DNA from: Anolis carolinensis
Lineage: Eukaryota
Length of the DNA: 64,000 nt
Assembly (NCBI RefSeq): GCF_035594765.1
Contig: NW_026943820.1
Coordinates: 5,836,647 to 5,900,646 of the forward strand
Direction: 5' to 3'
Under the pieces are notes generated by a model. The model was not told the DNA's origin. It saw only the letters and a program-made list of their open reading frames with translations, and did not search any database. Below, piece after piece: positions 1-22,164 of the stretch; the stretch's first letter is position 1; every line of letters begins with the position of its first letter. The position numbers and the translations under genes are program-made.

Positions 1-335
1 CTTACAACAAAAAATTAAGCACTGAGAAGCAAAAATAAAAAATAATCCAATAAGACACAGTAAACTAAAACATGGGTAAAACATTACAACATATACACTA
101 AAAGTAATAAAGATACAATTACATTTAAATGGCTTTCAAATGGTTCATTTCAGATGTATCATAGCAGCCATAAAATACAAGTGGGTTAGCCAGCATTCCA
201 ATAGATTAAATTTATGTCCTAGTCCTCCTCCTCTCCATATGCTAAAGTGCATAAATGCATTTTCAGAAGTTTCTTAAAGGAGAGGAGGGTGGAGGCTGTT
301 TCTATTTCTTTAGGGAAGGAATTCCTGAGGCGGGG
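1..335 (-). mobile_element. L2-like LINE 3' fragment
   Basis: Minus strand reads PRLRNSFPKEIETASTLLSFKKLLK, like the L2 ORF2 C-terminus; 1-100 recurs at ~25800-25900. Confidence 0.6.
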
Positions 336-339
336 AGTA

Positions 340-902
340 GAGAAGAGCAAACCACGGACCGTGCTACACCTCTATTCCACCTTGGCCAAACCAAACCTGG
401 AATCATACTGTGTCCAATTCTGGGCACCATAATTTAAGGGAAGATGTTGACAAGCTGTCCAGAGGAGGGCGACTAAAATGATCAAGGGTCTGGAAAACAA
501 GCCCTATGAGGAGCGGCTTAAAGAACTGGGCATGTTTAGCCTGCAGAAGAGAAGGCTGAGAGGAGACATGATAGCCATGTACAAATACGTGAAAGGAAGT
601 CATAGGGAGGAGGGAGCATGCTTGTTTTCTGCTGCCCTGCAGACTAGGACACGGAACAATGGCTTTAAACTACAGGAAAGGAGATTCCAACTGAACATTA
701 GGAAGAACTTCCTCACTGTGAGAGCTGTTCGGCAGTGGAACTCTGTCTCTGCCCCGGACTGTGGTGGAGGCTCTTTCTTTGGAGGTTTTTAAGCAGAGGC
801 TGGATGGCCATCTGTCGGGGGGCTTTGAATGCAATTTCCTGCTTCTTGGTAGGGGGTTGGACTGGATGGCCCATGAGGTATCTTCCAACTCTATGATTCT
901 GA
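340..902 (+). mobile_element. CR1 LINE 3' end
   Basis: ORF2 C-terminus (YCVQFWAP; [23 protein letters not shown]) followed by the CR1 3' tail TTCCAACTCTATGATTCT. Confidence 0.9.
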
Positions 903-904
903 CC

Positions 905-1195
905 ACTGATAAGCTGCTGAATTTGCAGACAGAAAAGTCGCCAGTTCAAATCGAGGGAGAGGAGTGAGCTCCCGCTGTCAGCTCTAGGTTCTGTCAACAT
1001 AGCAGTTCAAAAACATGCAAATGTGAGTAGATCTGGCAGAAAGGTAACGGCATTCCATGCAGTCATGCTGGCCACATGACTTTGGAGAAGTCTACGGACA
1101 ACGCCGGCTCTTTGGCACAGAAATGGAAATGTGCACCAACCCCCAGAGTCGGACACGACTAGACATCATGTCAGGGGAAAACCTCTGCCTTTACT
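905..1195 (+). mobile_element. Sauria SINE (degenerate)
   Basis: Core GCAGTTCAAAAACATGCAAATGTGAGTAGATC...CATGCAGTCATGCTGGCCACATGAC shared with copies at 25445, 28952 and 46490. Confidence 0.8.
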
Positions 1196-1196
1196 A

Positions 1197-1355
1197 TGAC
1201 CACCTACCACAATGCAGCCTAAGCCCTGACACATGCACAATGGAGGACCTTCTTATAGCAACATCAGAGGCACCCCAAGTAACCAGATTTTGGTCAAAGG
1301 ACATTTATATAATGCCAAGTTTTTTTACTTTGTTTTTGTTTTAAAATACATTACA
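1197..1355 (+). mobile_element. Vingi/RTE-like LINE 3' end
   Basis: Matches the reverse complement of ~51440-51580; family name from recall. Confidence 0.55.
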
Positions 1356-1370
1356 ACTTCTAAATAAATA

Positions 1371-1696
1371 CAGTAGAGTCTCACTTATCCAAGCTTTGCT
1401 TATCCAAGCTTCTGGATTATCCAAGCTATTTTTTGTAGTCAATGTTTTCGATATATCATGATATTTTGGTGCTAAATTCGTAAATACAGTAATTACAACA
1501 TAACATTACTGCGTGTTGAACTACTTTTTCTGTCAAAATTTGTTGTATAACATGATGTTTTGGGAACTTAATTTGTGAAGTCATAACCTAATTTGATGTT
1601 TAATAGGCTTTTCCTTAATCCCTCCTTATTATCCAAGATATTCGCTTATCCGAGCTTCTGCCGGCCCGTTTAGCTTGGATAAGTGAGACTCTACTG
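1371..1696. mobile_element. Tc1/mariner-pogo-type MITE
   Basis: TIRs CAGTAGAGTCTCACTTATCCAAG with TA on both sides. Confidence 0.9.
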
Positions 1697-1779
1697 TAAA
1701 TACAGTTTGAGATCCCACACCCTGGTGAGGGAAGGGGAGCTGCCTCCTGACTGGACATGGGCAGGCCTTCTCCTCGCTC

Positions 1780-2830
1780 CTCCTGCCCCCCCTCGGCCTC
1801 TCTCCCCGTCTCTCACCCGCCTTCCTCCTCTTCCTTTCCGCCCCCGGCGCCGCCACCGCTGCCTCCGCCTCCTTCTTCCCCGCCGCGGCCAGGCTCCTCC
1901 ATCCCGCCGCCGCCTCCGACTCCTCTCGGGCCTGGGCCCGCCCTCGGCCTCTCTCTTCACGGAGCGCCGGAAGTGCGTTATAGAAGGGCGCGCAAGAGAG
2001 ACAGATACACACACAGTCGCCAGGCCCTCAGTGATGACGCAAGCGCCGGTTGCCAAGGCGACGGCGAAGGAAGCCGTCGCCGCCGTCGTCCCCGCCCCGA
2101 CAGGGCTCCGCGAGGGAGGCAGGGAGGGAATAAAACAACCCGGGAAACAAACTCCGGTTCCTTTTCCTTGGCACACTCAGCCCGGCCCGGAAGTGTGGCA
2201 TCCTCGGAGAAAATTAAGACAGGCCGCAGTGGTGACTAGGCAGGCGCGTGACGTCATCAGTGCCTGCCACGCACAGCGTCTCACCCTCTCACCCTTCACC
2301 CCCAGATGCTTCCGCGGAGGAATATAGTCCCTCAGCATTCCGCTGCTGTAGGCCGCCTCGCCCGCTTGTCAGGGAACGAGCGGAAGCGATAAGGCAACGG
2401 GGGCTCGTCGGGAGCGGAATGGATAGCGAAGGAGGGGCGCGAGAGAATGAGGCACAGGGAGTGAGTTCCGGAGTGGTATCCTTCCGCCTGCGGGAGCGGT
2501 GCTGAGGCCGCGACGCCGCCATTTTGGATGCCAGGCTCCTGGTTGTTCCGCCGCTGCCGCCTTTGCCGCCGGGACCCGGCCCGGTGAGTGACGGAGAGAG
2601 GGAGGGAAGGGAGGCAGGGAGGAGAGGCCCCGGAAGGGAGGGAGAGAGCGGAGGGAGGAAGGAAGGAAGGGGGAGCGCCGGGCCCTGCTCTCCCCCGGCT
2701 GCCGCCCTGCCCTGCCCTTCCCGGCCGGGTCGGAGTTGGGCCTGCAATCAAGTCCCGCCACTGCCTTCCCTCGCTCCCTCCCTTTTGCCTCCTCTCCAGG
2801 CGGGCTCTCAAGGGAGGAAGCTGTCAAGAT
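1780..2830. promoter_or_regulatory. CpG-island bidirectional promoter of AP1G1
   Basis: CpG-rich; ETS CCGGAAGT at 1967 and 2187; CRE TGACGTCA 2249-2256; YY1 GCCGCCATTTT 2515-2525; exon-1 donor CCG|GTGAGT at 2583/2584. Confidence 0.85.
1817..1965 (-). other. Probable non-coding first exon of a divergent gene (ATXN1L by synteny)
   Basis: GC-rich segment ending in minus-strand donor GCGG|GTGAGA; identity inferred only from vertebrate gene order. Confidence 0.45.
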
Positions 2831-3019
2831 CGATCCCGGTGTTTTGGACTCCCAACTCTCATCATTCCTAACTTGGGCCCTGCAGGTGTTTTCGACTTCA
2901 TCTCCCACCATTCTGTCTAAGCGGGGAAAGGAAGGGGCCTGAGGTTGTTCGGAATGGTGGGAGTTAAAGTCCAAAGCAACTGCAGGGCCCAAGTTGGGCC
3001 ATGCCTGCGTCAGAACGAG

Positions 3020-3983
3020 GCTCAGACAACAGGAAGTGAGAGGAATCTTCCCCTCAGAAGGAAGGGAGATCCATTCCCAGAAGAGTCACTATCCTAGGGA
3101 AAGACTGGATGGCCTTTTGGGGTCCCTTCCAAGTCTATGACATTATATCTATCACACACAGGATAGTCCCAGAGTTATAAACATCCAACTTACAAATGAC
3201 TCCTAGTTATGAATGGGTTGAGATAACAGGAAGTGAGAGGAATCTTCCCCTCAGAAGGAAGGGAGATCAATTCCTAGAAGAGTCACTATCCTAGGGAAAG
3301 ACTGGATGGCCTTTTGGGGTCCCTTCCAAGTCAATGACATTATATCTGTCACACACAGGATAGTCCCAGAGTTATAAACATCCAACTTACAAATGACTCC
3401 TAGTTATTAATAGGTCGAGACAACAGGAAGTGAGAGGAATCTTCCCCTCAGAAGGAAGAGAGATCCACTCCTGGAAGAGTCACTATCCTAGGGAAAGACT
3501 GGATGGCCTTTGAGAGTGCCTTCCAAATCTATGATTTTATTTGTTTATTTACTGTATTTATATACTGCTTTTCTCATCCCGGGGGTCTCAAAGCAGTTTA
3601 CAACATAAAAATGGCAAAATTCAATGCCTGACATGTATATAAAAACAAATCATAAAATCTAAACAGGAAACATATAGCTATGCATTATTAAAAACAATAA
3701 AGACAATTAAACATAAGATAAAACAATATTTAGACATAGGGGCATAGAATTAAAACCACCTAATATAAACATTACTATATCTGTCTCATACACACACACA
3801 CACACACACAGTCCCTGAGACTTACAAATGACTCCCTAGTTAAGATCAGGGTGAGACAACAGGAAGTGAGAGAAATCTTCCCTTTAGAAGGAAGGGAAAT
3901 CCACTCTCGGAAGAGTCATTATCACAGGGTCTTTTCCAAACATATGATACTATATCTAGCCCTCATACACATACGCACCCATA
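3020..3983 (+). repeat. ~197-bp chimeric tandem repeat (MITE 5' part + CR1 tail)
   Basis: ACAACAGGAAGTGAGAGGAATCTTCCCC-like unit recurs at ~3026, 3223, 3420 and 3856. Confidence 0.8.
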
Positions 3984-4434
3984 CAGGCAGTCCCTGAGTT
4001 ACAAATATCCAACTTACAGATGACTCCTACTTAAAAATGGTGTGAGACAACAGGAAGTGAAAGGAATCTGCCCTTTGGAAGGAAGGGAAATCCACTCCCA
4101 GAAGAGTCATTATCCTTGGGAAAGGGGGTCTCCACTGAAGCTTTATCTCCAATCCTTGATTCCACAACAAGCCATTTTTTTCAAAATCCAATGATCACAG
4201 GGACAGAAAGTGATGTGGGATCTTCCAAACAGGGGAAACAGAAGCACCAAAAGTAACACCACAGGGATATTCACCCTTCCCTATGCTATCCAAAGCTAAA
4301 ATTATAAATGTATATGTATGTGTGTGTGTGTGGCTGGAATTACTTTAAAAATGTACCTGTTCTGACTTACAAACCAATTCAACCTAACAACAAACCTACA
4401 GCACCTATCTTGTTCGTAACTTTTGGACTGCCTG
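3984..4434. mobile_element. Tc1/mariner-type MITE
   Basis: TIRs CAGGCAGTCC...GGACTGCCTG, TA target duplication. Confidence 0.8.
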
Positions 4435-7400
4435 TATATCAATAGGTAGTAATTGCTTAAATGGTTTTAACTTATTTGTTTTTAACAGCTCCATGTTTCA
4501 TGTTATTTTCAAGTTTCTCAGTAGTAGGTTTTGAATTGTATGTTGTGTTTAGCATTGATAAGCCACTATGAGTCTCTCTTAAAAGGAGAAAGCTAGATAT
4601 AATAATACTGATAACAACAATAATAATAACAGTAATGGTGCCCCAGTTGGTGCCGCATGATATAAAATCACTCTCTGGAAATGATAGCCTGAATAAGTAG
4701 CAGAAATAAGGGGCTGCTGGTTAAAGAGCCTTGTCCCTGTGCTGCTGACTGGATAGTAGAGCTGACTTAGAAAATGAACTTGTTAAAGACTGCTAGAGGC
4801 CAGGGGCAAATTCCAGAAGCTGACAGCAACAGCCGTAGCTTCTTTCCAGATTAACATAACATGGGGACCTTTTGTAGTTTCCAGATGGAATTGCAGAGAC
4901 CTGTAACTTGTTGTGTGCCTTCAAGTTCTTTCGAAGGGGGTGGGGGTTGCCCTTGCCTTCCTCTGAGACTGGGAGAATGTCACTCATGGTTCCCCAGTGG
5001 GTTTCCCTTGCTCTGGCTCTCCCTGGAGCCTGACTGTTCCGTTATTGTTCTCTTTCGTAACATGTGCTTGGCTCTATACGCCATTTAAGCTGCTAAGAGT
5101 TTGTCCTGTGCCGAAATGTGTTGCTTAAACAAGATGTAACATCCTAGGGCCGATGATATCTTGGATTGCCAACACAAGAGAGATTCTTGGGGGGAGGAAG
5201 CTCTGCTTATTTGTCTAGGGTGTCACACAGCCCCTGCAAGAACATTGCCATGATTTGCAGAGTCTGGTGGGCCAGAAAGTTGGAGGGATGCACTTCGGGG
5301 TGGGGGGTTTGGTAGGGCAAAGAGGCCAGTCCGGCGTATTAGGCAGGTAGCTGATTACGCAGAGTGAGCTCAGCTGAGGTTCCCAAGCCAAGCAGGTCAT
5401 TCTCCGCTTCCTTTGAGAGGGCTGTTGGCAAAGCACGCCCTTCCTGTCCATCTGCCAGCCAGCTTCCTCATCAGTGATGGGGAGGATGGCCCTTTGCTGT
5501 TAGTTGCTGGCTCCAAACACTGAGGAGATGTCTGCTGGTGGGGCTTAGACAGGACTGCTGCGTAGCCACAGGGCTAGCTTGGCTTGGTTTGCAGAGCAGG
5601 GCATGGCACAGACTGACAGCAGCTGAGCAGGGAGCAGGTGCTTGTCTGCACACCCTCCACAGGCTCTCCTTTGCTCCTCTGCTGTGTGTCTTGACATTTC
5701 CTTGCCACGAGTCTGTATGTGAGGCTGGGAGGGGAGCGAAAGTAGCGGGAAGGAATGTGGGAGAGTGTGCCTGTGTCAAGAGCAGGCAAGGGAGGGTGTG
5801 CCTGGGCATGACCACCGCAACTGGGCGTCTGCACCCCCAGGGAGGATCCCCTTCCTGCAGCGAGAGAAGAGATGCTGTGACCTCTTCCTGGTTCTTGAAA
5901 GCAACCCAAGTGGGTGCGGGCCCTTGATCCAGCTGAGCTTTTGGGCCAAGTGGCTCCATTCCCAGTTCAAGGGAGCCGAGCCCTCCTTTGCTTACTGCAC
6001 TCCTCTTGTGGCCTTAAGGCACAGGCTTCCACCCTGAGGAACCCACAGGCTTGGCAGGTAGCACAGGAGGAGGCCGAGGGTCTTAAGGGAGCAAGACCCT
6101 CTCAAGGCTGGGAGCAGGAGCTGGCTCTCTACGGTCTCTGACAGAAAGCTTTCCTTAGGCCTGTCTCCAGAGCTGCCCCTGTGACAGACTCTCTGGAGTA
6201 TCAGCCAGATGCATTTTTAGTGCCCATATGTCTTTGATATAAATAAATGCATGGGAGTCAGAATCAGTCCAGAAACAGCTGTGCCGGAATAAAGATGGCT
6301 TGGGATCATAATGATGGTTTCTCTGTCTTGCCCTTGCCTCTGAAGGCTGCCATAGAAAACAGCGTGCAGGAGCTGTGTGTGTAACTGGGGAGCTTACTGG
6401 AGTCCATTTGGTGCTATTTGCCCTTTAACTTGCCTGTAGCAAACTGTCGCCACAGGCCTGAGTCTGACAGTGTTGTTTCGATTGAGGTTATTGTAGGCCA
6501 TTAAGTGTGTTGCTCTCGGGATGGGAAGATGGACCAGCTATACTTTCCATAAAATAAATGCATAAACGTTGTGGTTTCCTGAGGAAACCAAACAATAGGG
6601 CAACACAGCCAAGGACTCATCTGTTCAGGGGAGTTGCCTTCTAGCTGTTCCAAGGGAGCTGTGTCATTGTACTGGGAGCTGGGTGTTAGGGATCCGTGCA
6701 AAATCAGCTGGGGAACAGGTGGCTCTCACAACCTGCAAGGGAACCCTTGGCTCTTCTCTCAGCAGTGCATTCAGCAGCTTTTTGAAAAGCATCAGAATCC
6801 AAACGTTGCAGGCCTATGGCTGTGTTGTGCCACCAGTGAGGTGTCTCTCTTCCCACTGCGTCTTTTTGCAAAGCTCTGAGTGGACTAAGCTGCTCACCTT
6901 CCCTGCTGGGTAGATGCCCTTTGCATATTGATAGGGGTGCTTTGATTGTGTTTTACTGCATGGCAAGCGGTTGGACTAGATGACCCATGTAATCTCTTCC
7001 AAATCTATTATTCTGTGATATGCAGCGACAAGCAGATGTTGATAAAGCACACTGTCAAGCCTGAACCTGGAACTGGCAAGCTTTTTCCGGCAGTTTCCCA
7101 CTCATGAGCACTAAGCTGACCTTTTCCCAGAGAGCTGCTGCTGCCCATCCTCCCCCCACGCCCACCTCCACCCTGACCTCCAGGAATTCAGGAGTCAGGA
7201 AAATCCCTTTGGCTGCTCTGGAGGAGCCAGTGCTGCACCTGTGAGGGCTCCACCTGTAGATAATTGAATCTGTGGGTATAGAATCTGTGGATATGGAGGG
7301 TCCAAACATGTTTTTCAGCTTCAAGGAATATGAAACTACATTATAAGAACTAGTACATTATATTTAAGCAACAACATTTTCTTTGTGGAAGGAACATATT

Positions 7401-7554
7401 CTGTTTTTTTCTGATGAACAGATCTTGGTTAGTGATATCCTATCATAAATTGGTGTTCTCCTTTGATTCCCTTTCTATATGCTGGTACTGTTGATCTGCT
7501 CTAAAAGCCCCCTGTGAAGCACAGGGTGTCCTAAGACCCCTGTCAGCGTCATAG

Positions 7555-16892
<9,338 letters not shown>

Positions 16893-17859
16893 GGGGCTCT
16901 GGGCCCGTCCTCACCCACCTCACCGGTCAAGCGCAAGGACGGGCGGGCAGATGGACAGACATGAATGGACAGAAGGAAGGCCGGCTGGGGCACGGGGCAG
17001 CAGCGTCGGTGACTCCAGGCGCCTTCCCCCCTTGCACTGGGACCGGATGAGAGCTCCGACTGCTGCTGCTGTTACTGTGGAGCAGGAGAACTGGGCCTGG
17101 TCCCCCTGAAGCATATCGCAAGACTCAGCCCTCCCTCCGCTCCCCTTCTCTCCCCACCCACCCCTTGAGCTGTGCTGAGCCACACTTGCCACAGAAGCCC
17201 CATTCATCTTGTTTTGCCCCCCACCCCAAGCAGCAAGAGAACGGTTGCTGCTCCTCCTCTTCATAGTCCTCATCACGGTCATCTTTACGCCCTTCTCCTC
17301 GGTGGGTGAGTGAGCCGGTCCACCTCCTTCCTGGCCAGCGTCCGTCTTCCGGCACTTTCGTCCCTGTTCTTCATGCTGGAAATGCCTGAGGGAGGATGCA
17401 GGGGGCCCTCTCCTCCCTGAGGTTTCTGCGCTGGACTGCATTGCTCCCCGGTGGCCCTTCAAGAGGGACATTTCTGGGGGGTGGGGGTGCGCAACGGGCA
17501 GGGGACTGCAACCATCCCCCTTCCCCCAATTGCGTGCTCTCTCTTTCTTTCTGGGGAAGCTGCAGCTCCAGCCCACAGCCTGTCTTTCATGGGGCTCCTG
17601 CCCTGAGTCTTGGAACTGCATTTGTCTTGTCTTTGGCCGCAGGGAGGGAGGGTGGGGAGGGGGGATTGGGGAAGAAGTCCAGGCAGGACCCTGAGGGATG
17701 AAGGGGGGTGACCTTGGTCGAGAATCCTCTTGGACGCCGCAAAGCTGCTTTCTGTCCTTTGCCCACTCTTCATTTCCTGAGTCTGTCAGAGTCCTGGATT
17801 CCATTTGAATTTGTTCTCCTCCTGGGACGTTTGTGTTGTATCTGTAATATTGGCACTGA

Positions 17860-17865
17860 AATAAA
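17860..17865 (+). terminator. AP1G1 poly(A) signal
   Basis: AATAAA ~1 kb after the stop codon. Confidence 0.7.
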
Positions 17866-18691
17866 AGACCATGCAGTTTAATTGGGCGGCCGGAATAGAG
17901 CTCAGTAGCCCTTGCTGCTGTTGTTGCTGCAGGGGTTTGTCTCTTCCTCCCTTCCCACCTGGGCATGGGCCTGGTCTACCACTGCAAGGAGAGGCTTTGA
18001 AGGGGGCCAGAAAAGGTCAGGTGGGACCACAAAATAGTGGGAGCGTTCTTGGCTCAGAGGAACCCAGCACCCTCCCTCCCCATGGCTGCACATACATGGG
18101 CTTGTGCAGGCTTTGAGCCCAGAGATCTTGTGTGACCCAAAGGCAGCAGAAAGCGTTGTAAGCCCCCCCCCCCCCCGCAACCCTTTCCTTGTTCCCCCCT
18201 TGGTGACTCAATCCCTGTCCCTTAGGAAGGATCCCAGCCCTAGCCCACCTCCCCATCCCTTCCTGAGCCTTGAGGGCAGCTCCCCAGACCTTGGCTGGGC
18301 CCCTTTAGGTGCCTGAATGTGAAGAAGCAGGCAGGGATACCAAGCCACAGGAGCAGAGAGGCGCTTTCTTCCTGGGGGCGGAAGGTTCCCTCCTTGAGCA
18401 GGCCTCCCCTCCTCTCAGAATTGGACCAGAAGCAGAAGGCGGCAAAACCCCCCATGCAAGCCTTTATGCCATCAAGGTGCACTCGCTCCGCAAGCTGCTT
18501 TGATTTCATGTCAAAAGCATTGCATAAATAAATAAGTTTAAAACTGATAAAGGGATCACAAGCAGCTAAATAGCTGGAGATGATGGTGCCAACGTGGTAT
18601 AGATAACTTCCACTTGGAAATGCTAGGGACTGTCTACTGGGCATCTTTCCGGTGACCCATGTGAAGGAGCTAATAATGACTGCCACCAATT

Positions 18692-19588
18692 TGTAAAGAT
18701 GCAACCATCAAAGACTCGGAGAGGAGACCTTTTACTTTTTTCTTCTTATTATTCACTTTAGATGGTAGCGTAACTTGGTTTATAATATATGCGACAGAGG
18801 CTTAGATGTTGGAGGAACAATAACAAGTTTATTCAGGCACAGAGCTTAGTGGTTACAATGTTGTTTCTCACTTAGAGGTATTTTTATTAACAGTTACAAT
18901 ACTAGAATGAGGTGAGTCAAACTCCCTAAAGTGTCACTTCTTTTACTTAAAGTAGTTAGAACTTCTTCCTCTGCTACTTTTAAACCGCAGTCACCCCTGT
19001 AATATACGATCACAGATTCTCTGTTCCTTACCAGGACACAGACTACATTAAATAAGTCACCAAACTTATTTTAAACCGACTCAAAATGAACAATCGAGTC
19101 TCCTTGATCCTCTCTCAACCTAGGATCAATCTTCCCTGTGCCTCATCAGAGGACAGATTGAATCCTTTTTTTTTTAACTGCACTTCTTCAACAAAACTTC
19201 ATTTCTTCACTTTATTTCTTAATTTGTCGTTCTCCACCAGAGTGCTCCGAGCGACTTACAATTTAAAATATCATTCCACAATATAAAAAACATTCAACAT
19301 AAAAACATTCAACCTAAAAACATTCAACAGTGACTATTTGGCAAAATAGATCTGATTTACTTAAATGTACAATCAAACAGCCAAGTCTTGAGCGCTTTTA
19401 CAAAAGGTCGCAACTCCGACATTGCTCTAACATATTGAGGCAATGAGTTCCAACAGCAGTTGGCTCCACCTACTTCTCCATGGCAACCAGCCTCTGAGTG
19501 CTGAGATGCAATAACTGTAATACTTACCCTTTTAAAACACAAACACAATTAAACATATCTGTAAACCAAAAATTTGTACTTCATTACA
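18692..19588 (-). mobile_element. LTR with partial PBS, interrupted by an L2 3' fragment (~19198-19455)
   Basis: TGTAA...TTACA termini; highly similar to 22184-22837; insert encodes WNSLPQYVR...KALKTWLF. Confidence 0.75.
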
Positions 19589-20709
19589 ACCAGCAACCCC
19601 AGGCTGTGTCTGAAGGGTGGCAAAGCCATGAGCCCCTTTGGGTTCCTCTGGAATGACTGCCTGCCCCCCAAAATCCACCCTCCATCCTGGCCCTTCTGAG
19701 CCACTTCCTCTTGCCTCCTTTGCCAGAGCCTACGAGGCCTTAAACTTGATGTCCAAGCAGAGGCTCCATAGGGCTTGGCTGGTTTCCTCTTCTCTGCCAG
19801 AAGAACAGAGTCATTCCTTTGTGGGAGACTTGCCTCCGCAGGCGCCATAAATTTTGACAAACAATCGGGCTGAAGACAGATCCTGTTTAAAGTCAGGTGC
19901 TTCTGCTCCTTTGAAGAGTGCATCTAGCACTTGCTCTCCAAAGGTTTTCTGTGGGGCAGGGATGTTCCTTCCATGCAAGGGAAAGGGGTCCTTGTATCTG
20001 GGAATTGGGCCGTCGCCTGGAAGCAAACCTAGGCCTTTGTGGGGGAGAAGGTGCAGGCCTTGCTCTCCGGCAGGGCCTTAGGGATGCTCTTTCATTGTGC
20101 CAATCCCTAAAGTCAACTTCCTCCAAAACACCCAGCCACCCAAACCCCCTATTTCTGCCTTTTCTGAGAATAACATGGTGGGATTTTATCAGTAACATCT
20201 GAAGAAGAAAGGGGGGACATATAATTTTACAGCTACCTTTCCACAGCCATAAAACGTAACGTCTAAGGAAACTGGCTATTCAGGTTCCTTTAGCAGTTTA
20301 TTTTAGTTGCATTACAGTCAGGGATCTGGAGCTGCTTGATTTTAAGAGGAGAGTAAACAGTTTACTGGGGCCCTTGACAGGCAAGGAGGGAGGAGGTTGA
20401 CTCATTGTCCGGCGAATGAATTGATCTCCCGCACAATGTTTATTTAGAGTTCCATAAGCAGGATCTTTATCTCCGGCCAAAGAGGCAAAGGTCAAGAAGC
20501 ATTGTGGGCAAACAGGAATGACAAAGCCCCGTTCCCCCCCCCCCCCTGTGCCTTTTGCGCTGGAGCGCTTTCACTGCAAACTGGCCCACCGAAAGGGAGA
20601 AAGTCTGGTGGTGGACCATCTCTATTCTGACCATGGCCTTCAGGACTTGCAAAATCAGGAATGTAGACTGAGAGAGAGAGAAAGCCTTTCCGTTTCATTT
20701 CCAAAACTA

Positions 20710-21456
20710 CGAGGGTTGAATTAAAAGTAATGCCTCCACCTTTGTTACTTGGGTTTGGATGGGAATATTTTAATAAATCAAACACAGAAATAACCTTTAG
20801 AATGTGCTCTAACCACCACTATTCGCTTTTCCACATAATCATCAGACAATTGGATGCATTTCTGCCAACGATGAACAAGTTTTCTGAAGCCGTCACAGAA
20901 GAAGTCCATACTCTGTTTCCGCAACCAGCTTCTCACAGGACCCATCGTGCACAGATCTTCCGAGAGCCAAGCAAAGCAATAATGTGACCCACACCTTCTT
21001 GTGAAATGCCAATTAGGCTTGAAATTTCTCTCTGAGTGATATGACGATCGTCCTGAATCAATCTGTCAACCTTTTGCTTGTGAAACTCGGTTGCTGTCAC
21101 AGGACGTCCCAACTCTTTGTTTGTCACGCAAGTCAGATGTTCCACCTCAACATTTTAAAACTTACTTGCCCAACATAAACACAATCCCTATAAACAGCTT
21201 GCATTCTCTGATGAATATCCTTTGGGATGACACTTTCTGCTGTCAAGAATTCAATGACTGCACGTTGCTTAAGTCGCATTGACTGAACGTCTGCGCAGGG
21301 TTCCATACTTCGCACTTTAACAACACAACCATTCAATGCTAAGGCTTCCCGCCAAATGGAATTGTAGAGGAGACTCTACTGAACAAGCCAGCACACCAGG
21401 ACTACCATCTGTTAAGGAGTTACGAAGGTGGAGGCATTACTTTCATTCAACCCTCG
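20710..21456 (-). mobile_element. Internally deleted mariner transposon
   Basis: TIRs CGAGGGTTGAAT..AAAGTAATGCCTCCACC, TA TSD; transposase N-terminus (KQRAVIEFL...KICARWV) joined to the C-terminus, DDD core missing. Confidence 0.9.
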
Positions 21457-21459
21457 TAG

Positions 21460-21706
21460 CAATCATGGTGGCCGATTGCACCATTCACACTTGCCTCAAG
21501 CAGACAAGAGTTCTTTCTCCCACTCTGGACTTTCCACAGATATATAAACCCCACTTAACTAGTTTCCAACATACCTAACAACCTCTGAAGATGCCTACCA
21601 TAGATGTGGGTGAAACGTCAGGAGAGAATGCTTTTGGAACATAACCATACAGCTTGGAAAACTCACAGCAACCAATGATTCCGCCCATGAAAGCCTTCGA
21701 CAACAC
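21460..21706 (+). mobile_element. Penelope-like element terminal region
   Basis: Same family as 23881-24106, 34830-35196, 53328-53511, 59757-60300 and 63793-63988; carries a hammerhead motif. Confidence 0.75.
21582..21622 (+). ncRNA. Minimal type I hammerhead ribozyme
   Basis: CCT-CTGAAGA-T-GCCTAC/GTGGGT-GAAAC-GTC-AGG: intact core, palindromic ACGT stem III, GUC cleavage triplet. Confidence 0.7.
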
Positions 21707-22164
21707 TAGCAAGGATGTTTGTGGTGCTGACACTTTCCCTTGGCATCTGTTATTTTTCTTCAGGAGCATCAGCCCTTGTGAGCTTCATCCAAAGACCTGC
21801 TGCAAGTCAGGTGCAGCTTGTGTCCTTTCCCCACAATCAGTGTTTCCCCAAATATAGGGCAGGGACTAGTCTGGAGATCCCCACTCCGCAATGGAAGCCT
21901 TGGGGGACCTTGGAGAGGGCAAATTGTGTTGCTATGAGGGAAGCAAAAGCCAGCATTGGACCCATTCCACCTCTCTTGGATCCTGCCCCGGAAACGCTGC
22001 TGGCGGGTCAGTGGTTTGGCCTTGTGGTCATGGCCTTGTTCTTCAGACCCTTTGCCTTGCGTCAGGCACCCGCCCGTCTTTGGCAAAGAGTCATGTTTTC
22101 TGTAATGGGAAGTGTAAAGGACTAAGAACGACTAAGGTCCTTTCAGGCAGGGGGGATCTTTTTA

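Noticed and set aside
1629-2992. Many 110-215-aa ORFs
   Set aside because: Low-complexity CpG-island open frames on both strands
16920-17966. 348-aa minus-strand ORF
   Set aside because: Antisense to the GC-rich AP1G1 3'UTR; no recognisable domain
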